NCBI GenBank assembly: GCA_950097015.1
Contig: CATNEN010000030.1
Location: 4,340,001-4,404,000, forward strand
DNA: 64,000 nt
Direction: 5' to 3'
DNA from: Macrostomum hystrix
Taxonomy: Eukaryota; Animalia; Platyhelminthes
Shown here: positions 1 to 11,252 of the stretch, in pieces
Layout of the letters: each line of letters begins with the position of its first letter
Numbering within the stretch: the first letter of the stretch is position 1
Position numbers and translations under genes: made by a program
The notes under the pieces: model-generated
Seen by the model: only the letters and a program-made list of their open reading frames with translations
Databases searched by the model: none
What the model was told of the DNA's origin: nothing

Positions 1-3000
1 GCAGCAGCGAAGAAAGCTACGAAATTCTGTGCGGAAGCTGCGACAGGCCAGGTTGTAGATGACTGGATTCAAACAGTAGTTTAGGTAGAACAGCAGGCGC
101 AGCAAGTCCAACGAGAGGTGGGTCAGGTAGCCCGCAGCCATCCTGAAGCAGGTGTCATTAGCTAGGCACAGAGCCAGGCTGCGAAGCGGCATAGTTGTGA
201 AGAAGTACACGGCGGCCACGATCACGCTGAAGTACACGACCCTACGACGGTGCTTCAATGCACCGCTATTGGTTGCGCAACAAGTTTGCTGGCTGCGTCG
301 AATCTGCTGCTGCTGCTGCTGCTCCTGGTGCTGGGATCCCATGCTGAAGTGGCTGCCAAGCCGAGAGGGCAGTGACAGTCTGAAGTCAGGGCATTCGAGC
401 ATTGGATTGAAGTAAACAATACATAACAGAAATTCTTCAAGCCATGAAACATACTGTTGAAATTATCTAAATACGATTTCAAACCCATGCGGACAGAAGT
501 CAGTTTTAAGTGAGTTAAAAACATCCAAGGACTTTGTTCGAAAAGTTGGGTGAATGGCAGAGCCGTTAACGCGCACCAAGGCCCCTGAGCTCGATTCCGC
601 GGCGAGGCCACATTCGTGAGGGGCGCAGCCGCTTAGAGAATGTTTGGGGGCTTGTGCAATTTACGCCCTTATAGGCCAACCTCCAAGGCACAGTGAAAGT
701 GTACACTGCCTGATGAGGAGAAAGTTAGGGCAGATGTACAGACCTATGGGAGCTTGTGCGTGCGTACGGTATCTGTGCGCGTGCGTGCTCAGCGAAATGG
801 GAAGAATTGTCCTCTCGCTGGCCGCCGGTCTACTTTCACCAACTACTCACGACTTGAAGGTCGGGGGTTCGATTCCCGACTCCACTGGAACAATTTGTGT
901 CCTTTAGCAAGACACTTAACTCAGCATTGCTTCAGTTCACCCAGCTGTTAAATGGGTACCAGCATCAGCTGGGATAATTGAAGGTGGGTGTGGCGTCCCC
1001 CCCAGTCCGTGGACTGAACAGCTGTACGCAGCCTTCAGATGCGCCGCGCGTCGAATCTGCTAGCTGCGGCTGTGCTGTCGGCTGCACAACTGACCCAAGT
1101 GGGGCAGGTGTAATCAATTATTATTATTATTATTAATTACTTTCACCAAGTGATTATCGTTACCCGCAGCTCTCCTGCAATTATTATTATTGGTAAAAAT
1201 AAGCCGGGTTCACATAGAAACAGATGAGCTAACCTGAGTGAAGAATTCCGCTGCTGCTGTGGCAGCGGCTGCAGTAGCTGCTGTTGCTGCTGTTGCTGCT
1301 GTTGCTGCTGTTGCTGCTGTTGCTGCTGTTGCTGCTGTTGCTGCCGTCCATCTCCTTGACTGTGCTTTCCGCGCAGATGCCGAAACGAGCGGACCAGTCG
1401 GCAGAAAATCAGGGCGTAGAGCACCGCTGTGACACCCAATGGCAGGAACAGCTCCGTTACGGTGTTCAGGACATAAAATGTACCTTGGCGCATCACATGC
1501 GGCACAAGGCTTTGATTGGACGCTGGGAGGTAACACATGTACAGAGTGATCTCTGTTTCTGGGACCACGCTGACGTCCAAGAAGGCAGTGCAAAAGAACG
1601 GCAGTGGAACTAATAGCGACAGGCACCACAGCAGGACCAGGGCGCCTGTGCGGAGTCCCTTTCTGGTCAATAGGACGGGCGCCTTCAGCGGATACCAAAC
1701 CACTATGAAGCGCTCTACAGCTACTAGAACAATACTGAGGCTGGACGCCATGGTGAACACGTGCTCCAGCCAGAAGCTCAGCTTGCCTTCAGGTCCATGC
1801 GGGTGTGGAGTATATGTTCGAATAGCTCAATTTGTGCACTAAGCCTTCATGCCCAATGTATATTTCGTTCAGATCAAGTGTCTCCGCCGTTCACAAGAAG
1901 TTGTTCCTGCACTTTGATTAACTTTTAGTTGGCCTATCAGTTCTCAAATATAATTGAGGGTCAACTGGAATCCGTCGGTTGATCGGCCTGGCTTGCACTT
2001 TACTGTTGGCAGTCCTTAGCGTCTCATAAAATAAGTTGCAGCAGTGAAGCCTGGGGCTGGATGATTGATTCGTATGCTTAATTTTCCTAATAGAGGTTGG
2101 CTTATCAGTCTGACATCAATTTCTGGCCGAATGGAGATAAGAAGATGTTATTAAAAACTTATATCAGCTCGAGATTTCCTGTCAATTGCTTGGCAGATAA
2201 ACTCCCCTGATTGATGTGATGTGACGGGTGGATTTTTTTGCGGAATGATGAAAAGACATTTTCAATTCTCGACCTTGGCCTACAATGCCTGCTGATCTCG
2301 ACCGAACTTATAGTTATTTTCAATTTCATTAAAATGGTTGATCGAATAGGTAATAAAAATTACTAAAGCTTACTAAGTATTGAGTACCTGCATGCCGTTC
2401 TATTGTTGATTTTAGCAGTCATTAATTAAAGCCCTTGATGGCACATTTTTTCGGACGCCGATAATTTTAACTAGCGAACGTAAATCCACTATTCTGAGCA
2501 GTCCTGTTCCTTTTCGTTTACGATGGAGAATTGACGAAGACGAGATGTCACAGAAAGCATACCTGTCAATTAATTTTTTATCCCAGATACTAGACTGGAT
2601 ATCCCTCTTCTACGTTCTCAGGAAGCTTCACTATCTGTGCTAGCAATGAGAATAAAACCCAAAACATATAACCTAATCCGGTGATGCACGCGTCTAAAAG
2701 TGCATTTACTTGAACCCGCAACACTTACAGACTATTTCCGGTTTGTAAACAGTCCTGAGGTCCACTAGAATGCCGTGGGGCACACACACCGCTAGCGACA
2801 GTGTGTCCGCAATGGCTAAGTTTACCATAAGTGCATTGACTCGCGTGTGCAGCTGCCGACTGCTGAATATAACTGCCATCACCAACAAGTTTCCGGTGAG
2901 ACCGAATGCCATGATTGCCAACTTTGTGGCAAATAAACAGATGCCGTAGATGTCTAATGCTCCATTGAATATGCTTGTTATGTTTTCCCTAATTGTGCCA

Positions 3001-3011
3001 TTCAGCAACAT
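1..3011 (-). CDS. Class A (rhodopsin-like) peptide-type GPCR, 3 coding exons, C-terminus runs off the window
   Basis: Exons 3011-2729, 1786-1234 and 379-<1 join in frame through GT..AG introns (phase 1, then phase 2). The joined protein has GN in TM1, NLAIAD in TM2, EIVCKLSFW at the start of TM3, ERF (DRY variant), LFLPL in TM5 and NYCLNPVIY in TM7. The exon 2 acceptor has a weak pyrimidine tract. Confidence 0.88.
845..1136 (+). mobile_element. tRNA-derived SINE, copy 1 (in GPCR intron, antisense to the gene)
   Basis: B-box GGTTCGATTCC, a central segment gtgtcctttagcaagacacttaac...cagttcacccagctgttaaatggg resembling the CORE-SINE core, and a (TTA)n tail. Homologous to copies at 28382, 30543 and 48296. 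Confidence 0.8.
1278..1343 (-). repeat. Coding polyQ tract, (CAACAGCAG)x7, about 22 Gln, in GPCR intracellular loop 3
   Basis: Seven exact ctgctgttg units on the + strand, inside exon 2 after TM5. Confidence 0.9.
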
Positions 3012-3188
3012 TTTGACAATTTAAACAGGATGACTGAGAAGCTAAAGTTAAATAAGGAATTATCTGCTGCCTTGTGGACTGGAACCTTGCCTATATATTC
3101 TTTGAAACTGGCTGGGAGGGTGCTTCCCCAGCGATTTCTGATTGGCTGAGCCGTGCAAATACTTTAATTGATTTCAAACTCGGTAGAT

Positions 3189-3458
3189 ACAGGCTGAAGC
3201 TCAGGACCCACTGTGGAGTGACTATCCTGTGCGGTGGGAACTACAGACTGAAGCTCAGGAGCTAATGTGGAGTGACTATCCTGTGCGGTGGGAACTACAG
3301 ACTGAAGCTCAGGAGCTAATGTGGAGTGACTATCCTCTGCGGTGGGAACTACAGACTGAAGCTCAGGAGCTAATGTGGAGTGACTATCCTCTGCGGTGGG
3401 AACTACAGACTGAAGCTCAGGAGCTAATGTGGAGTGACTATCCTGTGTGGTGGGAACA
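3189..3458. repeat. 54-bp minisatellite, 5 copies
   Basis: Unit acagactgaagctcaggagctaatgtggagtgactatcctgtgcggtgggaact; it lies about 180 nt upstream of the GPCR ATG. Confidence 0.95.
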
Positions 3459-5267
3459 CTCGGTCATTTTGTTTGGCTTCCGAATTCGCGAATGTGGCGC
3501 TGTCTGTATAGGTTGGGTCGTCAATCTACTCCATCTAAAAGGACAGCCAACGATGCACGATGATCATGACCCTAACGAATTCTGGATTCAATAGCTTTAT
3601 GACCAGCAGTTTGTTTAAACAATTCAGGTCTGACACACCAGAAATGCAGTAAAGCATGCGGAGATGGGGTTGGGGACGAATGATAGGAGGAAACAATTTA
3701 TTTTTACTCGGAACAAACCGAGACGGCAAAAAAGCTTGTCTAGGAATTCACCTAATTCGGGTCCCCTTAAAATTCGATAGTTAGGCCTTTCTGTCCCAGG
3801 TGCGTTAGAACACGTTTCTGTAAACAAGCGCAGGCAATCATTCAAATCCAATATTGACCTGCCTTGGGTATCTGAGTGAAATTGCCATTATTGAGCCTCA
3901 TTAAAAGACTGAGTATAGAACCCAGGTGCTGACAGAGCTTCACTCACTCACTTCATCAGTGACTATCTCTCACTTCTGTTTGACTGTTCTTTTAAAATGC
4001 CGGCACTTCACTTAATTGGTGGCATATCTCAGGGGTCCCCAGGCTGGAGAGGACAGAAGAAAATGCGAGGATGTTATGGACCTACTTTCCTGTTTATTGT
4101 TTTTCTGGGACGCATTATTAAACTGGTCTCAGTGGCACAAGCGCGTTTTAAATACATGAGTCTGGCACAAGTGCCTGAGCCCGTCTTCGGTCTCAGTCGT
4201 TAGTCTATAGCAGTGCGCTTTTGTCTCAGGCAAAAAACACACGTGCGGGATCATCTATGCGCGCTTATTCAGCTCTCCCGTTGTCCTTCTCGTGACACGC
4301 GTGACTCATCCAGGGTCCAGGATCCAGGGAGCCGATTATTGTGGAAAATGTTTCTATTCGAAATTATTTTTTTCGCACTTGGACTTATCAATAATTAGAA
4401 TGGCGTGCATTTCCCTAGCGACCCAAGAATTGTTCATGTCTCTTGGCTCAGTTTTCGGGAGATGTTTTGCAGCCACTTCAGTTGAAAACGAAAATTTCAT
4501 GGCGATACATCGAAATTCATGGATAATGTCGTGACATGAGACCGCCAATTTTCTCCGCTCTCATGAGAAAGGGAACTTTCATTGGCTCGAATGCAACCTC
4601 AATGAGGGTATTGTCACTTAAAGTGGCTGCTTATCGTCCCGATGACTATGAGTCAGCATTCTGCAAATATATGGTACTATTTTGGCTTTTTTGAACTACC
4701 GTCGCATGCAGTTCAAGCCATTTAAAGCCACCTCTCCCAAACTATACTCGTGGTATGGTTTGTGATAAATGGGCAAACGAACGTTGCCTGTTTGTAGCGC
4801 CTTTTTGTTTGATGAAATTCACAATCGAAAAGGAGGTCCAAAGCAGTGCCAAATGCGAGCTCTTGGATTGAGTTATTTGATCCTTTTGATTTTTATTAAA
4901 TATTTAGTGAAGCTAAGCAGCGGCTGTATTACCGTGCTGTTCTGACAGAATGGACGGGAGTGCATGAGATGACTATGAAAATGACTATGACTATGACTCT
5001 TTTTTTCATATTCGCGATACATAAAGTCTCAACAAAAAACGCAATTATGGGTTGAAGACTGAAAACTATACCGAAGACTATACCCGACTGTGCCTACTTC
5101 TAAGTATAGTACAGTAGAAAAACTTTTCTCGACTCAAGTTGGCAAATTGATTTATAATTTAAAGTCCATGATGACTGGCATCTTGCAATTCGGAACCTTT
5201 CTCGACACCGGAATGTGGTCTTTATCCCAGAAAACTGCTCAGCACTTAAAGCGTTTTCCAGAACGTG

Positions 5268-5940
5268 ATGCCCGCCATCTGTTCCAGCCCCAGATGCGCC
5301 AGAGGGTCATCCCTGAGCGGCATGAACTTTTTTTCATGCCGACAGCCGGGAGGCCCTCTTAGTTCTCGACTGCACCACTACGAGCGTATTAAAAACCAGC
5401 TGGCAAAAGGCAGCCAGCTCCCGGCCCAGGCCCACGGGCACCCATCGTGAACTCTTTCATCAACGAAAAATTTAGCAAAAAAGTGAGTTGCTAAATGGAA
5501 AATATATCGAATATGAGATGGATCAACACCCCAGGAACTTTTGTCAGTCTGGTGCCCAATCAATCGCCCAGACGCTAAAGCTTCTCAAGCTAAACCGCTG
5601 ATACCTCTGAGCTGTCAGCGCTCCCTTCTTAAGGTTCTGATTCTTCCGTCGCCGCTGCCTCCGAGGCTAATAATCAAGCAAGCTGCGTCCTTTTTGCCAA
5701 GCCGCTAGTGAAAGTAAGGAAAAAATCTGCCGCTGCCATTGCAGGCCATAGACCATCCCGCTACTTGCCTTGTGCCTAAGTGACGCTGGAAGAGCCTATT
5801 TCTTCTTCACCGCTGGTGCGGAGCAGTGAGATGAATGCGAGACCGATGGCTCCATCTGAGCGACACCACCTCATCTGATGTCTGGTTGCCAAGGGCTCGA
5901 TGAATGGGCGGTCATCTCCGTCTCCCCGCTGTAATTCGTT
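5268..5940 (+). pseudogene. Possible decayed THAP-domain coding fragment
   Basis: MPAICSSPRCARGSSLSGMNFF resembles the THAP C-x4-C...FF start. In another frame, SWQKAASSRPRPTG resembles the THAP W-x-x-A...P segment. It is followed by an S/P/A-rich reading interrupted by stops. The distal C-x-x-H-F motif is not found. Confidence 0.3.
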
Positions 5941-6719
5941 CAGGTGGATGCATCCCGAAGCTAAGTCAAGTAAGACAAAACCCTTGGAAACCTACCCGGT
6001 CCTAATTTTCTTCCCCGCAACCCACGCAAGCGCAGCTTAGTTTCATGTTACATATCCTTGAATAGAATAAAATCTTTTTGCTTTATGTAACTACTGTGTA
6101 GTTTTATTATCGAGTATTTCCATGTCAGGATTACAAGTACCTATTGCACTTAGATTTCCAGATTGCGATCTGAGTACGAGCGTGAAGCACTCACTGCTAG
6201 CGGATGCAATGAAAGCGATGGCGAAAAGCTAAAGCTAAATTGCACGTTTACTTCACGGCATGATTAATGATCATGGACTCATCAATAACCTCTTGATGTG
6301 TCCACAGTCTCGTCAAGGCCCTCGCTACTTAGCTGCGCACCGCTCCATCTGTGTAGGAGAAATTCTCACCCCTGTGATCTATTCCAGTGCTCTACCTCTT
6401 ACGCTCTGATCCTGGACTTTCGCAAAACACTTACGCCACTTCAACACGAGCTGGCCAGCCACTTCAGTGCTCTAATCATTCGAAAAAAATTACGCTTCCC
6501 GACTTTTTGAAGTGCTTTCTTCGTTTTGGTATCACAAAATGCAGCCCCGTCTTCTGCCTGTCAGTCAATCTCGTGCGCTGATTGGTTGATAGATCATCTG
6601 ACACGAGAGGGCGCCTGTAATTTATTGCTGGATTAAAGGAGTTGCTTTCAGAGCGACTGTAAATTAATCTATTGCAATCCAACAACCGAGCAGGGAGCAC
6701 CTGCTCCGAATTCTTAGGA

Positions 6720-7793
6720 ATGTGTCCGGGCATCACCATGACAACACAGCTTAGCCTGGAAGCCCTGCTGGCACTACAGGCGCTGCTTTGGATCGCATTC
6801 GTAGTCTCACTTGCCATCAACGGCGGCGTCGCCCTTCTCCTGTACCAGCGGCGCACTAATTTCCGCGGCTCCAGCGGTCTCCGGTTGCAGAGCCTGGCAC
6901 TGGCGAACCTGTTGCTGGGCTGCGCAGCTATCAGCACCGATGCTCTCTCTTTGGCAAACCCACATCTGCCTCAGTCTCCTGTCTTCTGCAAGGTCTCCCA
7001 GTTCCTGGAGTCGCTGGCGCTGGTTGCAAAGGGTTGGACACTAGCGGTCATCGGATTGGCCAGAGCGGCAAGTAGCACAGCTCCAGGAGGCGGCGGGGTT
7101 GGAATTTCCCGGGCAGCTGTGGTAGAAACGGCTTTGCTTTGGACCCTGGCAGCCATCTACTCCAGCCGCTGGTTGGTGCTCGGGAACCCGATCTCAGTTG
7201 GAGCCCCAGCAATGAATTCCAGTAACACTGCTGAGGGCATAGTCATGTGTGACATGATTAGCGATCCAATGGGCAGAGCCGCTGCGGCCATCGCAGATGC
7301 TCTGGTTGAATTTGGCTGCCCCCTGACTGTCGCCGGAGCCGCTTACGCAGCCATCGTTTGGCGGCTAAGACAGTCTGCTAGACGTCTGCGCATATCCGGA
7401 ATTTCCAGCGGAACCGCCAATGCCAGCCGAACTGGAGCCAGTTCAATGGATTCGACCACAAGCAGAGTGGCTCGAGCTGCGGCACTCCTGCTGTTGCAGT
7501 TCTCTGCTGCCGCGCTGCCCTACCAGACCTTGCGCCTGCTGGGCCGAGCCACCGCTAGCGGCACCGATCCCGTGGTTTTAGAGGCCGCTCGCGTGCCAAT
7601 GCTGCTCGATGCCTGCGCCTGCGTTCTCGTCTATGCGCTAAGTGTGCGCCAGGTGCGCGATCAGCTGACGGCTGCGTTGCCCAGACCATGCCGCAACGCC
7701 TGCAACGCCGTCAGTTGCTGCAGGCCGTGTGTGAAAGCCAGGGTTGCTCCGGCAGCTGCTGCACCGAAGACTGGAGGCAGCGGCGCCAACTGA
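6720..7793 (+). CDS. Intronless, highly divergent class A GPCR (orphan)
   Basis: A single long ORF with seven hydrophobic segments, Cys at the top of TM3 (FCKV), an ECL2 Cys, a TM4 Trp, a TM5 Pro (FGCPL), a TM6 Pro (AALPY) and a TM7 Tyr. The start is ATG 6720 or 6738. Confidence 0.8.
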   Translation: MCPGITMTTQLSLEALLALQALLWIAFVVSLAINGGVALLLYQRRTNFRGSSGLRLQSLALANLLLGCAAISTDALSLANPHLPQSPVFCKVSQFLESLALVAKGWTLAVIGLARAASSTAPGGGGVGISRAAVVETALLWTLAAIYSSRWLVLGNPISVGAPAMNSSNTAEGIVMCDMISDPMGRAAAAIADALVEFGCPLTVAGAAYAAIVWRLRQSARRLRISGISSGTANASRTGASSMDSTTSRVARAAALLLLQFSAAALPYQTLRLLGRATASGTDPVVLEAARVPMLLDACACVLVYALSVRQVRDQLTAALPRPCRNACNAVSCCRPCVKARVAPAAAAPKTGGSGAN

Positions 7794-8091
7794 TTAGCAT
7801 TTAACATTCCTATGACATTCTATTGTGATGCTCATTGTCCAATTCTGCAGTCTTTTTTAGTTCTTTATTACTTTTAAAAGTGAAAATTAATAATCAACCT
7901 ATTTAAGTTGCGTTAATAATCGGTAAAAAACCGCTTGAATCATTGCTTTGTCGAGTCATGCTTCTGTGAGAAAGTGCTGTTTGTTTACCTAAACTACTTT
8001 TTAATCATGTCTGTCAGTTTCACTCTGGGCGCATGACCTTACTTGCGATCTAGAGCCCATGGAGATGAAGGAGACGAAGTTCGTCTATCCT

Positions 8092-8128
8092 CTTGTACTT
8101 GTACTTGTACTTGTACTTGTACTTGTAC
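8092..8128. repeat. (CTTGTA)6 microsatellite
   Basis: Read directly from the sequence. Confidence 0.9.
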
Positions 8129-8974
8129 AAGCTAAGCATGCTTGCTGTGTTGCGATGCATCTGACCCGCCTAGAGAGTGTATTTGTATAGGTGCATATGC
8201 TTTATCCCGATTATGAGCTTAGGGGCAGGTAGTATACAGGCTCCAGTTACCTGGGAAGCTTAGCCCCCTAATCTGCTTCGGGGTCGCAGTTCTAACACAT
8301 TGCGTCGCACGGCGCAAAAATCATTTGCAGATTTTTACCTGATGTAATGCGTTGCTTTTATATTTCAAGAAGAAATAAAAAAATTGTTTAAAATGCAGCC
8401 GCCGAATGTTTTTGCCGTGTCCACACAAAGGATAATTTCTTCAGTCAATTTGTTATTTAATTTGCGCGAAATAAACTGAATTCTTTTGCCACCGGTGCCT
8501 CTCCGCCGATCGTATTTCCTCCAGATTTCGTGCTTAATCAGATGTGGACGCCAAACAGGAATTCAGCTCTAGGTCTCGCTACGGCTTACCAATACTAAGG
8601 CATGGGATTTCACATTCTCCGGATGAATAATCCTTTCCCGTTGCTTCTTTGTGCAGTCATTGGCGCATAAACGGATGCCGAAATTATACCGGCGGAGTTA
8701 TGAAAAACTAGATTTGCTTCTGATACTCTGGACTGGGAGTATCCAATCGCACATAGTCTTTCATATGTTGGCCACATCACTAGCTTAGTGACGCAGCAGA
8801 TGCTGCCGCATCCTCCCTCAGGATTTTACTAATCCCTATATGCTTATGCCTCTGAAACTGTAGTTCCAATTGCACCGCTCAATAGAAAATAGCTCGCATG
8901 GTTAGATTGTCACCAAAGCTATTAATTGGGCTCGCCAGTCAAAAGTTATCTGTCGACTCAGAACTGAAAGAATA

Positions 8975-9064
8975 ATACAATTATAATAATGATAATAATA
9001 ATAGTAATGATAATAATTATAATAGTAGTAATAATAATAATAAGAATAACAACAATAATAATAA
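8975..9064. repeat. Imperfect (ATA)n microsatellite
   Basis: Read directly from the sequence; explains the poly-Tyr ORF at 8902-9126. Confidence 0.9.
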
Positions 9065-10468
9065 TCGCAGGACGCGAGCCACACAGCCCAAAAAGCGACT
9101 GCGCCAGATGGCACGCCGATTGGCAAGGCGCTCTGTGGAACTGAAACCGTGAAACGTCTACCAGCAGGACGTCTTGCAGCGGTTACTGGCTGTAGTTCTC
9201 GCTGGTGGCCGCAGATTATTTGTAGCCGTTGATAAAGGGCTTTGTTGGTGATGGTCGTTGCGGCTTCACGGCCGTGGTGGAGGTCGAAGGCCGCTCGCAG
9301 CCTGCCCGCATGTGTGGCGTTGAGCTGCTTTTATAATGAGGCCGTCAAGGTTCATGTCTCAGAGCTCAGCAAAACCACTCGGACAGAGCGCCTGAAAGAA
9401 AAAATTATTCATTTATTAATAATTGTGTTACTATTATCAAACAATGCATTAGAAATAGCCTATGGTTTTCTCGCACTTTTCTTTGTAGCATATCTACCTA
9501 GCAGTCCAACGGAGCTTTGGAATTAAGTTTGCTCGTAAATTGAAGACTTGCCTTCTCGTTTATAGCTTCAGTTTAGCAAGATTGACGTGGAGAGCAGTAA
9601 AAAAGCGAAAACTGTTGATAAGACAAACATTTGCTCAAAATGGCTGTTTTCGCTGCCTCTATAAATCAGGCTTCTGGGCGGTGCTGTTGAGGTGGTCCTG
9701 CGAATTTCACAAGCCCCGCTGCAGAAACACGCAAATGTCCTGGGAAAAATGTTGAACAGCCCAGCAATGAGTTATCAGCCGCCTCAAGGGTATCATAATA
9801 ATAGCAGAGCTTTGCTTAGCAAAGTGTTTTATTTCCGTTTCAAAGTGGACAGGCAGGCAGTTGGGCGGCGTTACCACCAATGTTACAACCATTTTGTCCG
9901 CAAAAAGTTAAGCAGACTCTGTCTCTCTGCATTGGAGTGGTCCTCCTTTATGTTCGGAGCCCAGAAATGAAAAGCGCGAATACCGCCAGCCACCTCCACC
10001 TGCGGCAGCTCTGTGGGCGGCACTGCGGTCAGATCGGCAGTCGTAAAAGTGATTGCTTTTTACAGCTCCCGTGCGCGCGTGTTTGTGTGCGCGTCCACCG
10101 CCGCCTCTGGGAGGGGCCGTAAAGATAATAAAAAGCTTGCGGTGGGTTGCGCTCGGTGGAGGTGCCGGCGCTGGCGCTGGCTTCAATAAAGCCTCCTCCT
10201 GAAGCGAAAAAAATTCCTAAACTGGTGGAAGCATCGACAGGGACAGAAGAGACCCCAATTCGTGTCACCTATATCCCATTGAAGTCGAGATATGCAAAGG
10301 TGAGTTTTCCTCGGTAAATGATAAACAGGATCAGCTCTGTTTATACATTTTTCTGTCACAGCAATTTCCTTCGAAAATCGCAGTTCAAAGAATGGCTGCA
10401 GTCAGCAGCAACTTTGGCAGCATCTTTGGGGATGCCAGGCCGTGGCAAACGCTCGCCGCCATTCTCTG

Positions 10469-11252
10469 ATGCAGCCGACGCAGTTGATGCTGCCCACTCT
10501 ATCGCTGACAATGCACCCTCCGCAAATTCTGCTCGCCTTAGTGTCTGCCTCATCCAGCTACCATCAGCAGCAACTGCAGCTGATTCAGCAGAACAAGCTC
10601 ATGCAGACCCACCAGAAGAGATTCGACTTTAGCCGGCTGGTCGAGTCCTGTCTCAGTGTCGAGTCGGCCAAGCCGCTGTCCCAGCACCCGCCACAGAGAG
10701 AACTACATCGCAGTGACAAAAGGTAGGCAAAATAAATAAGAAGACGCACTCACTTAGCATTGAGAGCCAGTAATGACCTGCTATCCAGCAGGTACTGCAC
10801 CCAGTAATTAGCAATAGCCTGCAATCAAATTGCCCAGACCTTGCAATTTGGCTCGCTTTCAGACAATTGCCGGGGGACCTTGTCTTCCCAGCAATTCGGT
10901 TCCACCTCGAAATGAACTTTCTACTTTGTTCAGCGATCGGGTGCAAGAAATTAGTTTTCTGTTTATCCACAGCAATCGAGTCCGCAAGGAGTACGTGTGC
11001 AAGTACTGCAGGCGCCACTTCACCAAGTCCTACAACCTGCTGATTCACGAGCGAACTCACACTGACGAGCGCCCGTTTCCCTGCGAGATCTGCGGCAAGG
11101 CGTTCAGAAGGCAGGACCACCTGCGGGACCATCGCTACATTCACTGCAAGGACAAGCCGTTCAAGTGTGACGTCTGCGGCAAGGGCTTCTGCCAGGCCCG
11201 CACACTGCAGGTGCACCGGACTCTGCACATTAGAGGACCGTCTGGGCCGTAA
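10469..11252 (+). CDS. osr: Odd-skipped-related C2H2 zinc-finger transcription factor, paralogue A (3 fingers)
   Basis: Exon 10362-10722 (first in-frame ATG at 10469) encodes RFDFSRL and splices in phase 2 to exon 10973-11252. That exon encodes [32 protein letters not shown]...[14 protein letters not shown]...[10 protein letters not shown], the diagnostic Odd/Osr finger sequence. An upstream exon ends at a GCAAAG|GTGAGT donor at 10299. Confidence 0.92.

Noticed and set aside
3229-3594. 121-aa ORF with WELQTEAQELMWSDYP repeats
   Set aside because: In-frame reading of the 54-bp minisatellite, starting at GTG and with no recognisable domain.
4650-4660. Single ARE/NF-E2-like site ATGAGTCAGCA
   Set aside because: An isolated motif with no supporting context.
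10653-11228. Antisense ORFs over the zinc-finger exons (also 51618-51908) and over BBOX (18539-18958), ATP5MC and MDH2
   Set aside because: Typical shadows of GC3-rich coding sequence.
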